Shown: positions 54,701 to 64,000 of the stretch, piece after piece | How the letters are laid out: each line of letters opens with the position of its first letter | Numbering within the stretch: position 1 is the stretch's first letter | NCBI GenBank assembly: GCA_051294375.1 | Contig: CM119265.1 | Location: 3,223,640 to 3,287,639 of the forward strand | Direction of reading: 5' to 3' | DNA from: Paraspadella gotoi | Taxonomy: Eukaryota > Animalia > Chaetognatha | DNA length: 64,000 bases | Translations under genes and position numbers: made by a program | The notes under the pieces: generated by a model | The model's input: the letters and a program-made list of their open reading frames with translations, nothing else | Told to the model about the DNA's origin: nothing | Database searches by the model: none

Positions 54701-57700
54701 TCGTTATGTCTCGCTCATCCGATCAAAGAATTGTGTTTGAGCGGTGGATCAGAGAGAATGGGGCACCTTGCCGGACAATCTCGTAATCTCCAAATCTTCG
54801 GCGCCAGGACCTGCCGAGCTCTTCGTCGGCCGTTCATCTCTTCATTCCCCACTTTTTTTTCTCAACATAGAACCACACTCGTTGATGGGCACTGGCCAGC
54901 GTCCCGTCGAGGACGTATATCTTTCCACCTCCGCTTGGGAGGCCGCTCAAACCAATTGGGAAGCTCCTTTAACGTTCATGATTGTCCTTGTACCGAGGCC
55001 AACATTCATCAATCCTACTTAATCAAAGGTCACTCGAAGTGTGTCGCTCGAAGTCCAATTCGTGGTCGCTTTCATTCAACTTTTTCTTCGGGCGACATGC
55101 TGCAGCATTTGGAACGCTAGGGTTTTTTGAGCCTGAATATTCAAATAACCCCCCGCAGCAACCCCCAAGTGTCATCCGGAGCAACTATCCAAGTAAACAT
55201 TGGGGGGCTTAGCAACAAGCGCGTGTGAATGTGGACATCAGTGATAGAGATAACTCTGTACGTAGCGGCGGTAAGCACAGAGAGAGAATACAGAAGCACA
55301 TCCGCATAGACGTGTTGCGAAGAGATGCACTCTTACAATGGAGGTAGGCTTGGATCAATGAACTGGTTATGTCGCCGCCCTCCGTGACCTATGAGTCAGC
55401 AGCTAGACGACAATATCTGTGTGAAGAGCATCACAAAAGGTATGAGAGGGAGTAGGAGGTGTTCAGGCAAGGAACCGGGAAATCGCACATGTTAAACCGC
55501 GTGAATGGCTCGGGTAGTTATTCGATCCCACCGCCCCCTGGAATGACACAATCTTAGCGGGCACATGCCTCTCTCTTAGAAGATGTCGTGCGTACGAAAC
55601 TGAACGTGAAGGTATACCGTTAACTACTACGTATCCACTCCCGCCCAGCGACCTACCTTGGAGTGTGAAATTCTTCGAAAAAACGACACAACTTTTCTCT
55701 CGTGTTCGATAGTATCAACCCATATTTCCCGACGGATTTTCTTCCACGAAGGGTCTGTTTCTCGTGTGTGTCCTATACAATCGCCTTACTGTGGCGTGCA
55801 GTCAGAATCGTATACCAAAGGTTACCTCCTACACCACCCTGGAAACATATGGAGCGCTGTGGCGACAATATAATGGCCCTACGTTATAACGATATTCGAC
55901 AAAACGACGATCGATGCGCGTTGTCACACGAGCTGAAGCACAACAACGAGACGCCTGCTGAGTCTGTCTAGAACGTAACCGCCCTTGCGTGCGGTTCTAT
56001 GTGCTGCCCCTGCTCTGACTGTGATTACCCCGTGGTATAGCCGAGAGAGTAATGTGGTATTAGCTATCCCTTCCACATGACGCATCCCTCGGCAGGTGCT
56101 ATGGCTCTAAACACGGCGGGATAACTATCATGTGAGCTTTCCCTATCTCACCTCTTCGCAATCGTTTGCTGGCGTCACAGCTGAAGCAGGTCTGCTTGCA
56201 TCGTGTTCCATCATAATCGTCGACCGAAAAACTCTATCCGGATATATTTCACTTCTTCTTCTCTTGTCTAATTATACTAATACATACGATCAATTGCTAA
56301 TATCTAAACCTTCCAAAGAGTGATGTATGTGCGATGCAAAAACTTGGTAGCTTCTTGATATATTCGAAACGCAGCTATCTTTCTCTTCAGCAAAATTAAA
56401 AGAATTGATATTCAAGAGAGATGCCTTCCCTCTATATATAACTCTACTCTTTTGTCGTTTTCTCTTTGCTTTCTTGAGAGCATTATCAGTTTGTAGGTAC
56501 ATTCTTGCTTTATTGAACGCTCTTCATGCTATTTCTCTCTCCATGAGAAAATCGCGGGAGAAATCCCAGGCATGCTCTATTTGAATCGACTCCAGCGCCG
56601 TCTTCATCGCTAATGGCTCTAACAGGATCGCAATTGCTACCGCTCGTAGCCGAGATAGACGGCCGCATTAGCCTATACACTCGCAGGTTCTTCCAAATCC
56701 ACACGACGATTTCTCCCTGTGTAATTTCGCCCGAAGGTGAAAATCCCGTCCCGGGAAAGAGAACGTCAGGAGTGTCTTCTATGCCCCATTGGTTCTAAGG
56801 CTGGAGTTGCGGTAGTTGAAGCACGAGGTCGAGCCGACGAGTTGAATATCGCGCCAGTTTCCTCCGTCAACTCCTTTATTTTCGCGGCGGGTTCTGGAAG
56901 CGTAAGATCTTCCTCGTGTAGTTTCTTTCTTTAATGTCTGATGGAGAAGGAGGCACAAAGGGTTGTAACCGGGGACGAGAAGAGGTTTTTGCGACGCTGG
57001 TTGCGACGAGACTAAATCACGAGACGCCTGTGTTTGATCTACCGACCGCTCCGAAATTGACGAGGCTCCAAATTCGACGGACCTCTTCGTGTCCTATCTA
57101 CGAACAACTTCCGATCTAGTCGAAGCGCTTAGCCCAGTAGTTATAAACTGCCCGTGCACGTGAATTAAGAGCACGACGTTCTCTTCACTAGCCATTGTGG
57201 AAGAGCGTTCTGAAGAACTGCCCCGTCATCCAGAATCCATCGCGCTCATCTCCTCCCCAAAGGGACCTCCTAGCTAGCCACAGGCCACTGACCTTATCGG
57301 CCACCAAACTTTAAAAATCATGCCTCGAAATCCAGCGTTCGCACCGGCCTGGGGGTCGCCCAGATATTTGCCTACGAATGGGAAGGGAGGCTTCTCTAGT
57401 CTCCCGGATTCCCGAAAGTACTCTTGACCTCGATGCATTCTCCAACGAGCGTAATTAAGGCGTACTTCCTTATACAAGGTCCTCCGCAGGAATACAGCTC
57501 AAACTCTCCTCACAGCCCTATGCGAGTCGCTATAGGGGGAATCATCATAGGCCATTGTCTGAGACTCAAAGGAGAGAGTTGGGATTGCTGATCCCACATG
57601 GTTAAAATGCGGACACAGTAATCTCGTGGAAGAGGTGTAGAAATACAGAGTCGGCCGTTTGGCTGTCTCTTCTCCGTACACAAGTAGCCTCTTCGAAGAG

Positions 57701-58620
57701 TGGCGTGACCTCATATATGTTCAATTCGTCGTCTTATATTACAGCCACATTACCGAAAGCTTCACATATCTGCCGTCAACCGAGTGGAACGTCCAAGCAC
57801 TTATTGCGGGGTTGGTAAGAGCGAATTAACGTGACGGTTTTTCCAACTCGGCCGTTTATTCGGTGGCGCGTTCCACGTTCCAACTTATCCTCGTGATTCT
57901 CGAAAAGTCGGTTTATCAGATTTATTCTGACGGACTCTCAAAAATCCACGGCTGAAAACTTCATCTGCACAGTCCATGATCTAGACTTCCATTTCTCGAT
58001 AACAGATAGGTCGTAAGAAACCTTGTTCGACCGTTCTCTGACCAAACTAATAAAAAAACCGGACGTTCAACACTTCATTAGGCACAAATACTTGTCGCTG
58101 CAGACGGTGGGCCAGCGTCTTCAACTTACCTTGAACCGTATACAACATAGCCCACAGTGACAGTCCTCGAGATCTGTTCCGTGGAATCATCCTATAAACA
58201 AAGGCTCCTGAACAACAGGTGCTATACAATTAAGAGTCGATCGCTTAATAACAGGTGTGCACCCGAAGATTACGAGTTCGGGCACGCATCCGATTATGGT
58301 TGGCCTCACAAATCCGGCTCGAGTTTCGAAAATCGTTAGTTTCCTGTAATGTCGAATCCGTCCATTATATAACGTACCACCTGTCGTTCCTGCGTGGGTT
58401 TTCTTGCCGAACAATACTTGCTCACCCATGAAGAGTCTTCATAGTATCCGGCTTCGAAGATCTTCTCGACGGAATCCGTTAGTAAGAAAGACTTCCCTAA
58501 GTCACAGAAACTTAGAGACAAACATCGAGCGATAGATCCCCAGGTAAGTACGTAAGGTTTCTTCCCAACTCACTATTCACAAGTTGAACTTGACTCCGGG
58601 GTCCTTCGTCTCCAAACTTA
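51742..58620 (-). pseudogene. L: Endogenous viral element: L protein (RdRp, PRNTase capping domain, methyltransferase) of a negative-strand RNA virus, Mononegavirales/Jingchuvirales-like; near full length, many frameshifts
   Basis: Degenerate L motifs occur in canonical order and plausible spacing on the minus strand. RdRp: IFKVW(W)P resembling FRxWGHP (~57320-57295); ERE..MK..KARMY pre-motif A (~56545-56495); LDISN*S motif A (~56307-56287); EGMR motif B (~56090); CACGGGGTAATCACAGTC resembling QGDNQV motif C (~56035-56017); P.GG..TRFNMCDFPVP resembling LGG..RF..FPDP (~55545-55470). Capping: KWTKKVV (~54615); LTGTGTRKK GxxT (~54410-54385); LLHR (~54080). Methyltransferase: GGGSG SAM motif (~52975); LVVAD (~52675). 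The block is microsatellite-free and more GC-rich than the host DNA. Confidence 0.8.
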
Positions 58621-60629
58621 TCTCCGTGTACTTCAGACTTAATTTACTATAAATGTAAGGATCTTTAATTATAGTTTGGGGCACACTGTTGATACTGCAG
58701 AAAGGCGCGTCGACGCTACCAACCCGATCGTAGGATCCAGCGGCAGGCACGGAACACTGTGACAGACCTTAGACGGTGTTGACCTGGGTACAAGCAGGGC
58801 AGAATCCGGCGGATTGAGCAGGAAGAACAAGACGCGCTCCTCGAATTACAGAGTCATAAACCGAAAAAGTTACAAATTAGAAATTATACAATGTGTATAT
58901 CACTATTTTAATTAGGACAAATTAATCATCCAGATCGGCGTCCCGCTCTTAAAACAGAAACTGTGGTTCTGAGTTATCAAAAATCTCTAAATTTTGCATC
59001 TATTGTACCTTTATCCGAGATAGTCCAAAAAGGTGCAAGATAAGAAACCAATCTTGCCACACATACCAACAAGATGATCAATAAATCAGGTTCTACCCCA
59101 AAAGGATATTACATACACGAAAGAAAGTGCCGAATATAGCAACACGTGGAGTATGGAATGACAAGTTTCCCATCAGAAGACCTCAGAAAACTGCTGAAAC
59201 CGTTGTCCGATTCCACTGCGTGCCCTTACCAATGCCGCGGTTGTCAAACGCGAATTGATTTATAGAACAATAAAGGGAACTTAGATTCGTGCCCTCTGAC
59301 GAGATAGAGAATGTTCCAAGCATCATCCGGAAGTCTCCAAAAAGTCAATAAGATATGCAGAACAACGAAATAGAGACTCTCAACGTTGGTAGTAAAACCG
59401 TTACGGAAGCCGGAAATTCCATGTATGAGAAAGGAAGACAGAAATATTTAGCTTAATAATTTCTAACAGCTCATAGGAAATACACGCGTCTCCTCCTCCT
59501 CGTTCCTTCTCTTCCGTCACATCTGTTGCCTCCATGAAAAAAGAAAAGAATAAAGGAAGTTTTCGGCCTCCATCTCTCTCTCTCTCTCGTTCTCTCTCTC
59601 CCCTTCTCGGTTCCACAAGTTGTCGCAACAGCCTCTCGCTCTCTATCTCGCTCTCCTTCTGCCCCTCGGATCTCTCTCCACTCCGTCTCTATCTAACTTT
59701 TCGTCATTCGATATTTTTAAAAGCGACTCCGAGGTCAGTGATACCTCACTCATGAATCCGCCTCTCACGAAAGTCACACATCCCCAAATTCCTTCTTCTT
59801 TATTTCACCAAAAATAATCCTTTGGCGATCTTCACGAATTCCTTCAAATCCTCACAAACTGATGATTCACGGACTTAAAAAAACGTTCAACGTTAAACCT
59901 CAAACTGAAAAATATAAAAAAAGACTTTGGAAATTGAATTAATAAACTAAACCATAAAAGGAATTACATTCTTCATCTGGACTTTAAAGATTTCCAATTC
60001 AGGCCAAAAAAAAATCTGTGCTATGCGAAACACGCAACATGTTGTCAAAACAAGATGCTTGATGATCCCGCTCGACCAAGCAGGTAAACCAAACAAAACA
60101 AAAACAGACAAACAGACGGACGGACGTTAAACAAACAAGGATATCTTAACTACAAACGAACACTAAACAAACTAACAAACAAAACGTTCGTTAGCGAGAA
60201 TCGTCATCTGTGAGAACCGTTCACCGAGTCACGAAGGTCGCTGCTTTGGAGTCTCACACTCGCCATTCCATCTTTTCACATCCGAATTTGGGTGAAAAGT
60301 CACATCGGATTTTCTCTCCATCTTTCACCTTCTCTTCGTTTTTGAGGAAGGGAATTTTCTTTCCTTCTTTCTTCCCTTCAATTTCTCTCTTTCACAAGAT
60401 GACGGAGCATCTATCACACGATTCACCTTTCACGATTCGTGATCCTCTTCCACCCCCTCTTCCCCCCCATTCGATTCCATCCCTAATTCCATCGGGCGAT
60501 GGAATCGGGAGATTGTCTCTCGTCGGAGATGAGCATCGACGACTCATCCCGCATGGCATGACACGGGACAGAATCTGGCATGGCACGGGACAGGCTCTGG
60601 CATAGCACGGGCAAAGACAGACGTTGTTG

Positions 60630-60680
60630 AAATTCATTCACAAGCCAAATTTATTCACAAGCCAAATTCATTCACAAGCC
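60630..60680. repeat. 17-bp tandem repeat, 3 copies
   Basis: AAATT(C/T)ATTCACAAGCC repeated three times. Confidence 0.9.
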
Positions 60681-60758
60681 ATTTTCCAGTATTAAGTTGG
60701 TGTATTTCCCAATCAGTCAACGATCACAAGTTTTTAAAACTTTTTTTTGACTCTCTCT

Positions 60759-60826
<68 letters not shown>

Positions 60827-61560
60827 CTTTTTCCCAGATGATTTTTTTTCGACATCATAATCAGCTCCGGGTTCAGACTGGCTTTTCTCTCTTCTCTTTT
60901 GTGATTTCCAAATTCGCTTTGTGACGACAAAATTTCGGGTTGGAGGCTTCCAAAGCTTTTTTCTTCTTTTTCCGAAAAGGGGAAAAATAGGCTTTGACGG
61001 GGCTGACGAGGCAAGGCGGGCATTTTAAGTGGAGATCAGAGACATGGTGAAGGAGGACATGGTAGAGGAAGACATGGAACATGCTGTTGGGATCGGAACA
61101 TGTTGAAATTCAGACTAAGATTAAAGTAAAAAAGCTTCTGATTACTGGTCTCGTGTTTAATTGCCAATGTTCATAAATGTTAGATATTGTAACAAAGTAA
61201 CATTTACTTTAAAATTACTTAGTATCTAAAATTTTGTTGCAATGAATATTTAAAAATCTGACGTATGATTTTTGTGATTGAAAATTTTTAAAATACTTTT
61301 AAAAGTTAATGAAACATTTATGAAAATTACAATTGACTCGTTTATTTAAAAACAAAAATTCAAAACAAGTTTAGTAAACGTGGATGCATCTAATCTTCTT
61401 AATTTTGCTTAACTTTTTCCCCTCAAAAGTTAGGATAAACGGCTGATCTCTCTCTCTCTCTCTCTCTCTCTTTCCTGTTCTCTGTCTCTCTCTCTCTCTT
61501 TCCAAACACGGCCCATGCCCACGAAAAAAGGAGAGCCAGGAGCTATGTTGGGTCACAACG

Positions 61561-61638
<78 letters not shown>

Positions 61639-61877
61639 AATTCTTTTCCCTCTGCGTCATCAATCAGTGACTTTTACGATTTTCAACGAAGGAATTGAAA
61701 AATGACGTCGCAGTACGAAAGTGGATTACATACGGAGAGAGAGAAAAAAAGAATTGAATATCCGGGTCTTGGAAGATCCGGGGGAAAAAGAAAAAAAGAT
61801 GAATTGGAGAAACTTTTAATAAAGATTAAAATTTCCTTAAATTCTCTTGGGAAAGAAAGTGTAAAAATCTTTGGCAC

Positions 61878-61912
<35 letters not shown>

Positions 61913-62317
61913 NNNNNNNNNNNNNNNNNNNNNNNNNNNNNNNNNNNNNNNNNNNNNNNNNNNNNNNNNNNNNNNNNNNNNNNNNNNNNNNNNNNNNNNN
62001 NNNNNNNNNNNNNNNNNNNNNNNNNNNNNNNNNNNNNNNNNNNNNNNNNNNNNNNNNNNNNNNNNNNNNNNNNNNNNNNNNNNNNNNNNNNNNNNNNNNN
62101 NNNNNTATTCGAATGTGAATCGAAGAGGTTGCGAGATCGAAGAGAGAGAGAGAGGGAGAGAGAGATATAGAAAGAGAGAGACAGAGAGAGAAACAGAGAA
62201 AAAGAGAAAGAGAGTGAGAGACAGAGATGACGAGAGCGAGAGACAGAATGGCCCCCTTAAAACGTTTAATTGAAACTAATTGAGAAAGAAATCAAATATC
62301 GAGGAAAAGTGGATTTT

Positions 62318-62355
<38 letters not shown>

Positions 62356-63112
62356 TTCTCCCTCTCGCTCTCTCGTCTGAACCTTCGAAATAATAAAAAA
62401 ACACGCCATCTCAGCGCTCAGTCTCTCTCTTTCTCTGGCTGATTCATAGGCATCTGGTGTCTCTCAGTCTCACTCTCGTTTTTCCTTTCTATTTCCTTTT
62501 CTTCTTTTGGAAAAGTCTTTCATTGTCTTTTTCGCCTTAAAATTGAAACTTTTGAAAAAACTTGAGACGGGAATCGAGACANNNNNNNNNNNNNNNNNNN
62601 NNNNNNNNNNNNNNNNNNNNNNNNNNNNNNNNNNNNNNNNNNNNNNNNNNNNNNNNNNNNNNNNNNNNNNNNNNNNNNNNNNNNNNNNNNNNNNNNNNNN
62701 NNNNNNNNNNNNNNNNNNNNNNNNNNNNNNNNNNNNNNNNNNNNNNNNNNNNNNNNNNNNNNNNNNNNNNNNNNNNNNNNNNNNNNNNNNNNNNNNNNNN
62801 NNNNNNNNNNNNNNNNNNNNNNNNNNNNNNNNNNNNNNNNNNNNNNNNNNNNNNNNNNNNNNNNNNNNNNNNNNNNNNNNNNNNNNNNNNNNNNNNNNNN
62901 NNNNNNNNNNNNNNNNNNNNNNNNNNNNNNNNNNNNNNNNNNNNNNNNNNNNNNNNNNNNNNNNNNNNNNNNNNNNNNNNNNNNNNNNNNNNNNNNNNNN
63001 NNNNNNNNNTTTTAAATTTCTTTCCTTTCCTTTCCTTTATTTCTGTTTCTCCTTCATTCGCCTTCGGGTGAAATCGCTCGTCCGTTTCGTCAACGTCATC
63101 GGCGTCTTCATT

Positions 63113-63146
<34 letters not shown>

Positions 63147-63779
63147 NNNNNNNNNNNNNNNNNNNNNNNNNNNNNNNNNNNNNNNNNNNNNNNNNNNNNN
63201 NNNNNNNNNNNNNNNNNNNNNNNNNNNNNNNNNNNNNNNNNNNNNNNNNNNNNNNNNNNNNNNNNNNNNNNNNNNNNNNNNNNNNNNNNNNNNNNNNNNN
63301 NNNNNNNNNNNNNNNNNNNNNNNNNNNNNNNNNNNNNNNNNNNNNNNNNNNNNNNNNNNNNNNNNNNNNNNNNNNNNNNNNNNNNNNNNNNNNNNNNNNN
63401 NNNNNNTCTCTCTCTCTCTCTCTCTCCATTAAAATGTCATCTCAGGTTGAACTCCACAAATAAAATTATTACACTCTCCTTTCATCTGAATCATTTCTAG
63501 ATTATCTCAGTAAATGTGTCACCATTACGAGCCCACAATAATGCAGTTCAAAACATCCTCGTTCAAAACTATTTAGTCATATAAAACAATTTTTCAAACC
63601 GATTCGTTCAACATTCTCTCATCAAAAACACACTTTGCAGACTCGTATTAAAAAAAAAAAAGGAAAGTCGAACCAAAAAAATTCACTGTGCCGACTCCCG
63701 ATGGGACAGAAGTTTTCGCGTCAGAGAAATCGCGAGGGAAAATACAGTGTGGCGAAACGAGAGCGAGAAGTTTTCGGTT

Positions 63780-63826
63780 TCGACGGCGTCGGCAGCGTCG
63801 GCAACGTCGGCAGTAGTGTCGGCGCC
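63780..63826. repeat. Short degenerate 9-bp tandem repeat
   Basis: CGTCGGCAG / CGTCGGCAA units. Confidence 0.7.
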
Positions 63827-64000
63827 GGAGAGAGCTTGGCCACAATGTGCCGGAGCGAGAGATTCGCCGGGACGCGGCTGTTTCCGGCGGATTGCCGGAA
63901 AAGGCGATGGAGCGTGTGGGGAAGAAAGAGAGTCACGGAAAACGGCGTTGGGAGATATAGAGTGAGTTTTGAGGAGAGAGAGAGACAGAGAGAGAGAGAG

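Noticed and set aside
51742-58620. Alternative reading of the GC-richer block as an LTR/Gypsy or DIRS retrotransposon bounded by the 50190/58505 repeats
   Set aside because: I found no gag, protease, YxDD RT, RNase H, integrase or tyrosine-recombinase motifs and no TG..CA termini. The repeat overlaps the inferred L start, and the motif order fits a viral L protein.

Overview
This window is an AT-rich, microsatellite-dense eukaryotic scaffold, probably from an invertebrate animal. It has many N gaps, and most long ORFs in the track are artefacts of gaps or (AG)n/(CT)n repeats. Several blocks beside exact 25-N gaps are indel-rich and duplicate neighbouring sequence, which suggests low-accuracy long-read gap filling. 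Supported content: (1) an apparently full-length but heavily frameshifted L polymerase gene of a negative-strand RNA virus (Mononegavirales/Jingchuvirales-like) on the minus strand at ~51.7-58.6 kb, i.e. an endogenous viral element, with a second copy of its 5' region at ~50.2-50.4 kb; (2) two minimal type-I hammerhead ribozyme motifs of the Penelope-like-element kind at ~3.15 kb and ~42.75 kb, the first inside a perfect 67-bp inverted repeat; (3) a two-exon gene for a 101-aa signal-peptide, cysteine-rich protein with a hydrophobic tail at 7.7-8.1 kb; (4) a Jockey/I-group LINE at ~9.6-13.9 kb; (5) local duplications, a 45-bp minisatellite and microsatellites. All motifs were read by eye and no searches were run, so boundaries marked ~ are approximate.
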